Assembly (NCBI GenBank): GCA_015490605.1 | Contig: WFXL01000005.1 | Coordinates: 1 to 56,964 of the forward strand | Length of the DNA: 56,964 bases | From: Rhodospirillales bacterium | Lineage (GTDB): Bacteria > Pseudomonadota > Alphaproteobacteria > Geminicoccales > Geminicoccaceae | Direction: 5' to 3' | In this document: one piece after another, positions 1 to 9,391 of the stretch | Position numbering within the stretch: the stretch's first letter is position 1 | Layout of the letters: every line of letters starts with the position of its first letter | Notes under the pieces: model-generated | What the model saw: only the letters and a program-made list of their open reading frames with translations | Told to the model about the DNA's origin: nothing | Database searches by the model: none | Translations under genes and position numbers: made by a program

Positions 1-332
1 AGCCCGACAAACCGGCCCATGGCGAGGCCGATGGCGCTGCCCACCAGCATGGCGATGGCGAAGGCAGCCCCCACCCGCGCCAGCGTGACCCCGAGGTGGA
101 AGGGAAGCTCGTCGGCCAGCTCCGCCACCAGCCGCGCCAGCACCAGAGCCGGCGGCGGCATCAGCCGGGCATTGCCGGCAAGCCATGCCAGGAGCTGCCA
201 CAGCCCCACCAGCAGCAGCAGCGACAGCAGCGCCACCGCCGCTGGGCGCCAGGCGCCACGAGCCGCCTCGGCCGCCGGCCGGCCCGTGGTCAGCTGGTGG
301 CGATCCAGCGCCCGGGCCACGGATCCACGCAC
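1..332 (-). CDS. ABC transporter permease (NitT/TauT-type), N-terminal part; gene runs off the window start
   Basis: The reverse frame is open to position 1, with GTG at 332..330, 7 nt after the stop of the binding-protein gene. My translation is VRGSVARALDRHQLTTGRPAAEAARGAWRPAAVALLSLLLLVGLWQLLAWLAGNARLMPPPALVLARLVAEL.... It shows a hydrophobic TM1 and permease-like N-terminus. It is absent from the ORF track because it is truncated. Confidence 0.55.
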   Translation of the reverse strand, partial: MRGSVARALDRHQLTTGRPAAEAARGAWRPAAVALLSLLLLVGLWQLLAWLAGNARLMPPPALVLARLVAELADELPFHLGVTLARVGAAFAIAMLVGSAIGLAMGRFVG

Positions 333-339
333 CCGCGCT

Positions 340-1323
340 CTACCAGCGCACCCGGTCCCAGAAGGTGCCGGCGGGGAGTTCCTTCGCCCTGCCCACCAGC
401 TTCTCGCCGCCCAGTTCGGCCAGCACCGCAAACAGCCGCGCCGCTGCCTGGCGCTCCTCATCGCCCCAGCGGCGTACGATGCCCTCACGGAAGCGTCGCT
501 TGAGGGTGGCGAAGACCGTATCGTCCTTGGCCTTGGTCAGCGGGCGGATGCGGTCCCATTCGGCATCGGAGGTCTCGAGGATCTCCTTGGCGCGACGCGA
601 GGCTCGGGCGAAGGCCTCGACCGCCTCGGGCTTCGCCCGCAGCACCTCACCCCGGCAGACATAGCCGAGCTGGGGTACGGTCCGGGGGACACCGAAATAT
701 TCCTGCGCCGCCGCCACCTCGAACAGCCGCACATGGCCCCGGGCCTCGAGCCGGGCGACGTAGTGCCAGTAGTTGAGCACCGCATCCAGTTCGCCTGTGA
801 GGAACTTCTCGTTGAGCAGCGGCGGCGCGCCGAAGGCGAGCTCAGCCTTGGCACCGAGATCGAGCCCATACTCTTTCTGGGCGACGGCCTGGATCAGCAG
901 CCAGCTCTTGTCGTAGGGGCCACCGGCGATGCCGATCTTGCGACCGGCGAGGTCGGCGAGGTTGCGGATGGGGGTACCCTTGTGCACCACCAGGGCGCCC
1001 ACGGTGCTGGAATAGGGGACGGCGAAGACGATGTCGGCGCCATCGGCGCGCATGCGCCCGACCCACAGCCAGTCATCGACGATGCAGTCCACCTCGCCGG
1101 CCATCAGCGCCACATTGCTGGCCTCGCCGCCGCCATAGCCCCGGACGTCGAGGGTGAAGCCCTCGGCCTCGTCCAGCCGGTGGGTCTTGATGACGTCCAT
1201 CTCCCAGCGGACGGTGCCGAACTTGAGGATGCCCACGCGCAGCGTCTCGGCTCGGGCGGCCAGGCTGCCACCGAGCACCAGCGAGAACGCCACCAGCATG
1301 GCAAAGGGGCGACGTGCCATCAT
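340..1323 (-). CDS. ABC transporter periplasmic substrate-binding protein (nitrate/sulfonate/bicarbonate NitT/TauT family)
   Basis: ORF 340..1341. It has a signal peptide (MMARRPFAMLVAFSLVLGGSLAARA) followed by an SBP-like body. I place the start at ATG 1323 because the strong SD AGGGAGGGAGC lies immediately upstream, so the track's MDQGGS prefix is really the RBS. Confidence 0.8.
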   Translation of the reverse strand: MMARRPFAMLVAFSLVLGGSLAARAETLRVGILKFGTVRWEMDVIKTHRLDEAEGFTLDVRGYGGGEASNVALMAGEVDCIVDDWLWVGRMRADGADIVFAVPYSSTVGALVVHKGTPIRNLADLAGRKIGIAGGPYDKSWLLIQAVAQKEYGLDLGAKAELAFGAPPLLNEKFLTGELDAVLNYWHYVARLEARGHVRLFEVAAAQEYFGVPRTVPQLGYVCRGEVLRAKPEAVEAFARASRRAKEILETSDAEWDRIRPLTKAKDDTVFATLKRRFREGIVRRWGDEERQAAARLFAVLAELGGEKLVGRAKELPAGTFWDRVRW

Positions 1324-1417
1324 GCTCCCTCCCTGATCCACGCGCCTCGGCCTCCATCTCTAGGGCTGGGGGAGGCGGAGTAAAGGCCGGATGGCGCGAT
1401 GGCGCCGGTGGAGCGGT

Positions 1418-1448
1418 GAAGAAAAGCGGGCGGCTCAGGGAGCCGCCC
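1418..1448 (-). terminator. Intrinsic-terminator-like hairpin on the minus strand, inside the rtcA/SBP divergent intergenic region
   Basis: The minus strand reads GGGCGGCU-cccug-AGCCGCCC (8-bp GC stem) followed by GCUUUUCUUC. No CDS lies upstream of it on that strand, so it would end a leader or sRNA. Confidence 0.5.
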
Positions 1449-1609
1449 GAGACTCACCATCGGCCAGGGAAGGAAGGGAACGCCGCGATCGCTGCCTCGA
1501 GCCGGCGTCTTACTTCCCGTCGCGCAAGTCCGAGGCTACCCCTTCCCCCGACGGGTTGGAACTGCTGCCGGCGAAAGGCGGCCATGCATTTCTGCATAGG
1601 AGGTGCGGC

Positions 1610-2698
1610 ATGTGGGAGGTGGACGGCGCGCTCGGGGAGGGCGGTGGCCAGGTGCTGCGTTCGGCGCTGGCGGCGGCGGCCGCCACCGGCACGCCCGTGC
1701 GCATCCGCCGTATCCGCGCCGGTCGCAGGCGCCCGGGGCTTCGGCCGCAGCATCTCACGGTGGTGCGTGCGCTGGCGGCGCTGACCGCGGCGGAGGTGGA
1801 AGGTGACCGGCTCGGCAGTCGCGAGCTGCTGTTCCGCCCGCGCACCCGGCCGACGTCCGGCGAGCATCGGTTCGATGTGGCGACGGCCCGGCGCGGCGGC
1901 AGTGCCGGGGCCGCCACGCTGGTGCTGCAGACCCTCCACCTGCCGCTGGTGCGCGCCGCCGGTCCGTCGCGGCTGGTGGTGCGCGGCGGCACCCATGTGC
2001 CACAGGCACCGCCCTTCGAACATCTGGCGGCAGTCTATGCGCCGGTGGTGAGCACGCTCGGCGCCGGCCTCTTTCCCCATCTTCAGCGTCACGGTTTCCT
2101 GCCGGCCGGGGGCGGGGAGATCCACGCCCGTATCACACCAGCGGCCACCATCCGTCCGCTCCAGGCCGAAGGGCCCACACCGGTGCTGCGCATCGTCATT
2201 CGGGCCGCGCTTGCGGGCCTTCCCGTCACGCCCGCAAGCCGGGCGGTGGCGCAACTGCGCGAACGGCTCGGTGACCTCGCGCCCCAGGTGCTGGTGGAGG
2301 TGCGGCGGGTTCCGGCCGATTCGCCCGGGGGCTATCTCTATGTGGCGGTGGAGCGGATGCGGCTGCCGGCGGGCTTTGTGGCCCTCTTCGGGCCTGACGG
2401 GGAGCCCGAGGCGCTGGTGGCGGATCTGGCGGCGGCGGTGCGCGCCCATCTTGCGAGCGGGGCGGTGGCGGACGGGCATCTTGCCGACCAGCTGATCCTG
2501 CCGCTGGCTTTCGCCGACGGTCCCTCGCGCTTGACCACCGAGCGGGCAAGCGGGCATCTGCTCACCCAGGCACGGCTGGTGGAAGCCCTGGGGCTTGCGC
2601 GCGTGCGGGTGGATGATTCGGTCCGACCGGTGCGGGTGGAGGTCATGCCACTGGCGTCGGGGGGTGAGGACGGAGGCTCGCGGGCTCCACGGGACTAG
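1610..2698 (+). CDS. rtcA: RNA 3'-terminal phosphate cyclase
   Basis: The translation from MWEVDGALGEGGGQVLRSALAAAAATGTPVRIRRIRAGRRRPGLRPQHLTVV matches the RtcA N-terminal signature (GEGGGQ.LR....I..IRA.R..PGL..QHL). ATG 1610 is preceded by AGGAGG at 1599..1604. The track ORF start at 1391 is too long. Confidence 0.9.
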   Translation: MWEVDGALGEGGGQVLRSALAAAAATGTPVRIRRIRAGRRRPGLRPQHLTVVRALAALTAAEVEGDRLGSRELLFRPRTRPTSGEHRFDVATARRGGSAGAATLVLQTLHLPLVRAAGPSRLVVRGGTHVPQAPPFEHLAAVYAPVVSTLGAGLFPHLQRHGFLPAGGGEIHARITPAATIRPLQAEGPTPVLRIVIRAALAGLPVTPASRAVAQLRERLGDLAPQVLVEVRRVPADSPGGYLYVAVERMRLPAGFVALFGPDGEPEALVADLAAAVRAHLASGAVADGHLADQLILPLAFADGPSRLTTERASGHLLTQARLVEALGLARVRVDDSVRPVRVEVMPLASGGEDGGSRAPRD

Positions 2699-3249
2699 CG
2701 ACCGGGACCGTCCGCTCTTGGCTGCGGGCCGCAGGTGGTCTGTTGGTTGATCCTGAGGGATCTCCCGGCGCCGGCCTGATCCCGGCGAGCACCCTCGGAT
2801 CTGAAGAGCTGTCGCAAGACTCCGCGACAACGAGCTGCGAATTCCGAATTAATAGACCGCAAGCGCAGGGAGGCACGGCGGGGTTGGCGTGGCGGTCGGG
2901 GCGAGGCGCGCGCCCGATGGTGGAGCCGGTGCCCGGGCTGTGGAACACAGCTGCACGCAACGGCAGCGCGGGGCCCGGATTCCCATCGTGTCGGGTTCCG
3001 CCCTCGTGTCCGCGCGCAAGGCGAACAACCCCTTGTCGCCATCAGCTCAGGAGCTTCTGAGGGCATGTTAACCGGATGTTGGGGATTTCGCGGCAGAATC
3101 CGCGGATGATGGGAAAGGTGCGCCGCGTCCCTGTAGTCGGCGGCACCTTCTCCACCATCCGAGGCAGGATGGCAGCGAGTCGTTAAGGAGTCGTGAAACT
3201 ATCCGTCATGAGGAAGCCATGAAGCTTTTCTGACCATCGTTGGGGAGCG

Positions 3250-4630
3250 GCGCGGGTTTTCTGAAGGTGCCGCGCAGGCTTTCTGAAGGGATAACCACTC
3301 GCTCGAGGCGTGGCCGAGGCCCGGGCGCGATGGGCGGGGAGGGCGTGCTCGCGCCTGTTCTCGGAAGCCCGCGGCATGGAGTTGGCTCCGGTGGGAAGCG
3401 GCCGCGCGAAGTCGCCACAGGGGATCGGGCGGCACAGCATGACGTATCGAGGGGACAGCTGGCGCATGGGCCCGCACGGCGAAGACGCCCGGCGCTAGGG
3501 ACCACTCTGCCTGTCACACCCCGGATCCCCGAACGGCAGGGTCGGGTGGTGCGACAGGGTCCACCTGCGTCCATCATGTGCATGATCGGCTTGCTTCTGT
3601 CCCCTCCTGGGACGAGAGAGTCGGCGTGCCGCAGGGAGACGTGTCTTGATCAAAGAGCGCTCGCGTCCGGCGTCGTGAGCGGTGGATCTGCATAGCGCTG
3701 TGAGATGGGTCACGCGTAGGACGGCGTCGCGCCCATTCCCGTGACGGACGGCTCGGCATGCCGTGGCCAGGAGTGTCTTGAATAGGGTGCGCTCGTGTCC
3801 GCCGCCGTATAAGGTGAATCGGCACCCCGTCACGAGACAGGTTCCAGGTCACATTTGCCATACGCTTTGGTGAGGAACGGCTCGGCATGCTGCGGCAGGC
3901 TGTGTCTCGAGCGGGGTGGGCGTGCTTCGGCGCTGTGAGGGGCAGATCGGCATTCCGTCGCAAGAGAGGTCTTCAACACGATGCCGTCACACACGCTTGC
4001 CTGACGGACGGCTTGGCATGCCTTGGTGAGGTGCGCTCAAGCGGGATGCACTTCCAGCCTCCGGGCGACGGGTCTGCATCTCGTCACCAGATGGGGCTGG
4101 AGCAAGTTCGAGTCGCCTGCGCTTCGTAATGGATAGCTCTGCAATACCGTAGCGAGGCCGGTTCCAAGCAGCATGCACTCCTCTTCTCCGGCGTGGGGCA
4201 CCTCCACATCCCGTCGCGAGCCGGGTCTCAACAGGATGTCGTCACGTACGCTTCCGTGACAGGCGGCTCGGCATGCCACGACGTCGCCCATCTCGAACAA
4301 GGCACACACCTTTCCGGCGCCGTGAGGGACGGATCTTCATACCGCCACGCAATGGATCTTGAGCAAAATGTATGCGCGTAGGCTGCTGTGACGGAGGAGT
4401 CTCCCTATCGTGGTGCGACTGGTTTCGACCAGCATGTGCTCGTGTACGCTACCGCGAAGACGAACGGATATGCATGCCGGAGCGAGTTGCGCCTTGAGCG
4501 GGGTCGACTGGCCTCCGACACTGCCAGAACCGGAGCCGTATAGCGTCGTGAGATGAGTCACGGGCAGATAGCTACAACCGAAAGGACAGATGTTCCCGGG
4601 CGAACGACGGCACGAGATGAATGGCTCTGC
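3250..4630. repeat. Array of >=10 degenerate ~130-nt tandem repeats (core GTGAC-GGACGGCTCGGCATGCC ... AGGnGTGTCTYGA), non-coding
   Basis: Clear units start at 3611, 3741, 3870, 4001 and 4256. Their cores are GGCGTGCC at 3623 and GGCATGC(C) at 3755, 3884, 4015 and 4270, with spacing 132/129/131/255 nt. Eroded copies lie at about 3262, 3373, 3531, 4136, 4392, 4472 and 4606. No frame has the GC3 bias of real genes here. The + frames hit stops in at least unit 3741 (TGA/TAG/TGA), although the + ORF 3887..4129 spans units 3870 and 4001. Confidence 0.65.
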
Positions 4631-4733
4631 CGGCTGCGCGCCGGACGCTCGAACGGCTGAGCCGGGGGTGCGCGAGGAAGGCGGCTGGGTGACGATGCCG
4701 ACCCCCGGTGACGCGACCGTGGTGCGAATCGGC

Positions 4734-5225
4734 TCACGGGTGGGAGCAGCCACGACCGAGGCCGCTGGCCGTCTGGGCCGGACCGCCCACCACGCTCAGG
4801 GACGGTGGCATCTCCGGATGGCCGAAGAAGCCGTCGAGCCGGACGATGGCGCCATTCTGCAGCACCACCACCAGGTCCTCACCATCCACCACATAGCGGG
4901 CCACGTCCGGGTGGAAGAAGGGCGCATCCAGCACCACCAGAGCACCCGCGGGTATGGGCACCACCCGTACGGCATTGGGCGGCGGCGGCTCGATGCGGAT
5001 CTCCGCAGGCGGGCCACCGGCGGTGGCCGCGGGTGCTGGGGGTGCGGTGATCGGCGCCTGGTCGGCAGGAGTCGCCGCGGTGCGGGCCGCGGCCTGCGGC
5101 TGACGGGACGGATGATCTCGGGCGAACGGCGGCTCGAGAAGCCGGGGGATGCGGGTCTGCCGGATCGGCTGCTGGAGGTGCACCAGCCCTGGCTGTGGGT
5201 CGCCCTGCAGCGGCGACAGACGCAC
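4734..5225 (-). CDS. Hypothetical protein, Pro/Ala-rich linker plus C-terminal beta-rich module resembling the N-terminal region of T1SS/RTX-type adhesins; probably a truncated remnant
   Basis: 163-aa ORF with very high third-position GC, which is a real coding signature. It contains the motif [42 protein letters not shown]. An in-frame TAG lies directly upstream of the GTG start. Confidence 0.5.
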   Translation of the reverse strand: MRLSPLQGDPQPGLVHLQQPIRQTRIPRLLEPPFARDHPSRQPQAAARTAATPADQAPITAPPAPAATAGGPPAEIRIEPPPPNAVRVVPIPAGALVVLDAPFFHPDVARYVVDGEDLVVVLQNGAIVRLDGFFGHPEMPPSLSVVGGPAQTASGLGRGCSHP

Positions 5226-5229
5226 CTAG

Positions 5230-5490
5230 GCCCTCGCGGCGCTCGGCATCGACCCCGGGGGGACCGTATCGCCCTCGATGTGGGCGCCTCCACCGGCGGC
5301 TTCACCCATGTGCTGCTGCACCATGGCGCCCGGCGGGTCTGTGCGGTGGATGTGGGCTACGGCCAGCTGGACTGGCGCCTGCGGCAGGATCCCCGGATGG
5401 TAGGCTGGAGCGCACCAACGCCCGCCCTCGTGACCGCACCCCCGTCGCGGCGCCGGTAGAGCTGGCGGTCGGCATGGATGGCGCCGACGG
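5230..5490 (+). pseudogene. tlyA: Fragment of TlyA-type rRNA 2'-O-methyltransferase/hemolysin A gene (frameshifted, lacks N- and C-terminal parts)
   Basis: The pieces sit in different frames: [11 protein letters not shown] / [46 protein letters not shown] / LERTNARP. Together they match the conserved TlyA core (..[38 protein letters not shown]). Confidence 0.6.
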
Positions 5491-5668
5491 GCTGCGGAGT
5501 CCGGCAATCACCGACCCGGCGGCCTGGCCAGGAGCCGGGAACGGCTGCAGGGGTGACCACCGCCTTGCCGGGTGCGTCGTGACGGGATGTCGGAAGGCGG
5601 CGCAGCGAACGGAGGATGGCGTGGCCCGGCAGGTCGGCGGGATGGCGGCCGCAGGGCCATGGCCCGTC

Positions 5669-5697
5669 GAAAAAAGGGGCCCGGGAGACCCGGGCCC
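5669..5697 (-). terminator. Rho-independent terminator of nrdJ
   Basis: The minus strand reads GGGCCCGGG-ucuc-CCGGGCCC followed by CUUUUUUC, about 65 nt after the nrdJ stop. A second hairpin (AACGTCCCG/CGGGACGTT) lies at 5727..5752. Confidence 0.75.
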
Positions 5698-5761
5698 AAG
5701 GGACGTGGAGGAGAATACGAGGAAGGAACGTCCCGCTGCCCAACGGGACGTTATGCGCACC

Positions 5762-8700
5762 CTAGCTGCACCCGGTGGTGCCGCCGCAGGTGACGCATTT
5801 CAGGCAGGTGCCATTGCGCACCAGCGTGAAGTTGCCGCACGACGGACACGGGTCGCCGGTAAAGCCCTGCAGCCGGGCCATCTCCACCCGTGTCTCGCGG
5901 CGGACGTCCGTGACCTCGGCCACCGCCACTTCACCCGCGGTGACCGGGGAAACCCGTTCGGCCGCGCCGTTGCGCGGCGCCTCCTCGACCACCTCGGCAT
6001 CGGCCGCGAGCTCGCGGAAGAGCGGCAGCTGACCCCGCAGGAAGCCGAGGCTTGCGATCTGCGCCACCGCATCGGGCATGATCCGCCCCTCCTCCACGCC
6101 GCGCCCGAGGGCATCATGGCGCAGCTGGGTGGGGTCCACATTGGCGAGATCGGTACGCCCGAGATAGGAGATGGCGAGCTCGCGGAAGATGTAGTCCAGG
6201 ACGGATGTGGCCATCTTGATGGAGTCATTGCCCTGCACCGGCCCCGAGGGCTCGAAGCGGGTGTAGGCGAAGGCCTCGACGAACTCCTCCAGCGGCACGC
6301 CATACTGCAGGCCGATGGAAATCGCGATGGCAAAGCAGTTCATCAGCGAGCGGAAGGCGGCGCCCTCCTTGTGCATGTCGATGAAGATCTCGCCGAGGCT
6401 GCCATCCTCATACTCGCCGGTGCGGAGATAGACCTTGTGGCCGCCGACGGTGGCCTTCTGGGTGTAGCCCTTGCGCCGGTTGGGCAGCTTCCGGCGGCGG
6501 CGCAGCTGGCGCGCCTTCTCCTCGGCGAGCCGCTCGGCCAGCGCCATGATGCGCTCGCTCTGGCTGCGCAGCTCGTCTTCGCCGCCCTCATCGCCGCCAT
6601 CCTCACCATCGTCGAAGCGGATCACCGACAGCGGCTGCGAAAGCTTGGAGCCGTCGCGATAGAGGGCGAGCGCCTTGAGGCCCAGCCGCCAGCCCTTCAT
6701 GTAGGCATCCGCACAGTCCTGCACGGTGGCGTGGGCTGGCATGTTGATGGTCTTGGAGATGGCGCCGGTGATGAAGGGCTGGGCCGCCGCCATCATGCCG
6801 AGATGGGCGTCCACCGAGAGAAAGCGCCTGCCGAGCCGGCCGGTGGGGTTGGCGCAGTCGAACACCGGCAGATGCTCGGGCTTCAGATGCGGCGCCCCCT
6901 CGACGGTCATGGTGCCGCAGACATAGCGGTTGGCTTCCTCGATCTGCTCGGGCGTAAAGCCGAGCGCCCGTAGAAGATCGAAGTCCGGCCGCCCATACTG
7001 CGCCTCCTCAAAGCCCAGCCGCTGGAGCAGCTCATCCCCGAGCGACCAGCGGTTGAAGGCGTATTTGAGATCGAACGCGAGGGGCAGGCTCTTTTCGATC
7101 CGCGCCAGATCCTCCTCGCGGAAGCCCTTGGCCTTCAAACTTTCGGGGTTGATGTGGGGCGCCCCCTCGAGGGTGCCGTGGCCCACGGCGTAGCGCACGA
7201 TCGCCTCGATCTGGTGTTCCTCATAGCCGAGGCTCCGCAGCGCCTCCGGCACCAACCGGTTGATGATCTTGAAGAAGCCGCCGCCAGCGAGCTTCTTGAA
7301 CTTCACCAGCGCAAAGTCGGGCTCGATGCCGGTGGTATCGCAGTCCATCACCAGCCCGATGGTGCCGGTGGGGGCCACCACCGTCACCTGGGCGTTGCGC
7401 AGACCAAAGCGCTCGGCCTTCGCCACCGCCTCATCCCACGCCCGCATGGCGGCCTCGGCCAGGCCCGGCACCGGCACCCTAGCCGCCTCCAGCGGCACCG
7501 GACGGATGTGGAGATCCTCATAGCCATCGCGCGCACCGTGGGCGGCCCGGCGATGGTTGCGCAGCACCCGAAGACAGGCCTCGCGATTGTCGGCGAAGCC
7601 GGCAAACGGCCCCTGCTCGCGTGCCATCTCGGCGGAGGTGGCATAGCAGGTGGCGGTCATGAGGGCGGCGATGGCAGCACAATAGTTGCGCCCCTCGTCA
7701 CTGTCATAGGGGATGCCCGAGGCCATCAGCAGCCCGCCGAGATTGGCGAAGCCGAGGCCGAGGGTGCGGAACTTCCATGACAGTTCGGCGATGCGGGCGC
7801 TGGGGAACTGCGCCATCGCCACCGAGATCTCGAGCACCAGCGTCCACAGCCGCACCGCGTGACGGAAGGCCTCGATGTCGAAGGTGTTGTCCTCGCGGCG
7901 GAACTTGAGGAGATTGAGAGAGGCCAGATTGCACGCGGTATCATCGAGGAACATGTATTCCGAACAGGGGTTGGAGGCGTTGATCCGCCCCGAGTTCGGA
8001 CAGGTGTGCCAGTCGTTGATGGTGGTGTCGTACTGGATGCCGGGATCGGCGCTGAACCAGGCGGCATAGGCCATGCGGTCCCACAGCTCGCGGGCGCGCA
8101 CCGTCTTCGCCACCTTGCCGTCGGTGCGCCGGATCAGCGCCCATTCGCGATCCTCCAGCACCGCCTGCATGAAGGCGTCCGACACCCGCACCGAATTGTT
8201 GGAGTTCTGGCCCGAGACGGTGGCATAGGCTTCGCCGTCCCAGTCGGTGTCCCACACCGGGACTTCCATGTGGCGATAGCCCTGCCGGGCGAACAGCAGG
8301 ATCTGCTGGAGGATGGCATCCGGCAGCAACGCCTTGCGCGCCTCGCGCAGCGCCTTGCGCAGTTGCGGATTGCGCCGGGGCTCGAAGCGGTCTTCGGCCG
8401 GCAGTTGGGAATCGTGGCAGGCAGCGAGGATGGCGTTGGCATGCCGTTCCAGAAGGCGCGAGCCCGCCACCAGCTCGGCCACCTTCTGCTCCTCCACCAC
8501 CTTCCAGTCGATGAATTTCTCGATGTCCGGGTGGTCGATGTCCACGATCACCATCTTGGCGGCGCGGCGGGTGGTACCGCCGGACTTGATGGCGCCGGCG
8601 GCGCGATCACCCACCCGGAGGAAGCTCATGAGGCCGGAGGAGTGGCCGCCGCCCGAAAGGGGTTCGCCCTCGCCCCTGAGCGGCGAGAAGTTGGTGCCGG

Positions 8701-9391
8701 TGCCGGAGCCATATTTGAACAGCCGCGCCTCCCGCACCCACAGGTCCATGATGCCGCCGGGGTTCACCAGATCGTCGCGGATGGACTGGATGAAGCAGGC
8801 GTGCGGCTGTGGCCGCTCATAGGCAGTGGTGGAGGGGTGGACCTCGCCGGTCTCATGGTCGGCCCAGTAGTGGCCCTGGGAGGGGCCGTCGATGCCGTAG
8901 GCCCAATAGAGGCCGGTGTTGAACCACTGGGGCGAGTTGGGCGCGCCCATCTGCATCGCCATCATCCAGCGGAGCTCGTCGAAGAAGGCGCGCGCATCCT
9001 CCTCCGTGTCGAAATAGCCGCACTTCCAGCCCCAGTAGGTCCAGGTGCCGGCGAGCCGGTCGAACACCTGACGGGCGCTGCGCTCACCGCCGAATCGCGC
9101 CTCCTCCGGCAGGGCGGCGAGGGCTTCGGGATCCGGCTCCGAGCGCCACAGCCACGCCGGCACGCCCTCTTCGGGCACGCGCCGCAGCACGGCGGCCACG
9201 CCCGCCTTGCGGAAGTACTTCTGGGCGAGCACGTCCACCGCCACCTGCGACCAGTGGGCGGGCACCTCGATGTCCTCGAGCCGGAAGACCAGGGTACCGT
9301 CGGGATTGCGGATCTCGCTGGTGGCCCGACGGAAGGCGATCTCCGCGTAGGGATCCTGCCCGGCCCGCGTAAACGCCCGCTCGATCTTCAT
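5762..9391 (-). CDS. nrdJ: Vitamin B12-dependent ribonucleotide reductase (class II)
   Basis: 1209-aa ORF. The N-terminus [32 protein letters not shown]..., the long RNR core and the Cys-rich tail [28 protein letters not shown] are typical of alphaproteobacterial NrdJ. Confidence 0.95.
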   Translation of the reverse strand: MKIERAFTRAGQDPYAEIAFRRATSEIRNPDGTLVFRLEDIEVPAHWSQVAVDVLAQKYFRKAGVAAVLRRVPEEGVPAWLWRSEPDPEALAALPEEARFGGERSARQVFDRLAGTWTYWGWKCGYFDTEEDARAFFDELRWMMAMQMGAPNSPQWFNTGLYWAYGIDGPSQGHYWADHETGEVHPSTTAYERPQPHACFIQSIRDDLVNPGGIMDLWVREARLFKYGSGTGTNFSPLRGEGEPLSGGGHSSGLMSFLRVGDRAAGAIKSGGTTRRAAKMVIVDIDHPDIEKFIDWKVVEEQKVAELVAGSRLLERHANAILAACHDSQLPAEDRFEPRRNPQLRKALREARKALLPDAILQQILLFARQGYRHMEVPVWDTDWDGEAYATVSGQNSNNSVRVSDAFMQAVLEDREWALIRRTDGKVAKTVRARELWDRMAYAAWFSADPGIQYDTTINDWHTCPNSGRINASNPCSEYMFLDDTACNLASLNLLKFRREDNTFDIEAFRHAVRLWTLVLEISVAMAQFPSARIAELSWKFRTLGLGFANLGGLLMASGIPYDSDEGRNYCAAIAALMTATCYATSAEMAREQGPFAGFADNREACLRVLRNHRRAAHGARDGYEDLHIRPVPLEAARVPVPGLAEAAMRAWDEAVAKAERFGLRNAQVTVVAPTGTIGLVMDCDTTGIEPDFALVKFKKLAGGGFFKIINRLVPEALRSLGYEEHQIEAIVRYAVGHGTLEGAPHINPESLKAKGFREEDLARIEKSLPLAFDLKYAFNRWSLGDELLQRLGFEEAQYGRPDFDLLRALGFTPEQIEEANRYVCGTMTVEGAPHLKPEHLPVFDCANPTGRLGRRFLSVDAHLGMMAAAQPFITGAISKTINMPAHATVQDCADAYMKGWRLGLKALALYRDGSKLSQPLSVIRFDDGEDGGDEGGEDELRSQSERIMALAERLAEEKARQLRRRRKLPNRRKGYTQKATVGGHKVYLRTGEYEDGSLGEIFIDMHKEGAAFRSLMNCFAIAISIGLQYGVPLEEFVEAFAYTRFEPSGPVQGNDSIKMATSVLDYIFRELAISYLGRTDLANVDPTQLRHDALGRGVEEGRIMPDAVAQIASLGFLRGQLPLFRELAADAEVVEEAPRNGAAERVSPVTAGEVAVAEVTDVRRETRVEMARLQGFTGDPCPSCGNFTLVRNGTCLKCVTCGGTTGCS

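Noticed and set aside
19-1383. 454-aa + strand ORF spanning the transporter genes
   Set aside because: It is antisense to a well-supported SBP gene and permease. Its Arg/Ala/Pro-rich low-complexity translation is typical of shadow ORFs in ~70% GC DNA.
1570-1600. Sigma54 (-24/-12) promoter for rtcA at GGCCATGCATTTCTGCA
   Set aside because: The GG-to-GC spacing is 14 instead of 12, and the element overlaps the SD/start region, too close to the ATG to be a promoter.
2722-2748. Terminator for rtcA (CTGCG-ggc-CGCAG followed by GTGGTCTGTTGGTTG)
   Set aside because: The stem is only 5 bp with a 3-nt loop and the T-tract is interrupted, which is too weak to call.
3574-3963. 129-aa minus-strand ORF with recurring 'GMPSRPS'-like peptide across three repeat units
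   Set aside because: The periodic peptide simply reflects nucleotide repeats that happen to be 43-44 codons apart. The translation is Arg-rich with no GC3 bias, and neighbouring units fall out of frame (131-nt spacing).
4100-4125. tRNA-like T-loop sequence GTTCGAGTC
   Set aside because: The flanking 5-mers (gcaag / cgcct) cannot form a T-stem, and no acceptor or anticodon arms can be drawn.
3250-4630. Possibility that the tandem repeat region is a CRISPR array
   Set aside because: The units are ~130 nt and highly degenerate. There are no short identical direct repeats alternating with unique spacers, and no cas genes in the window.
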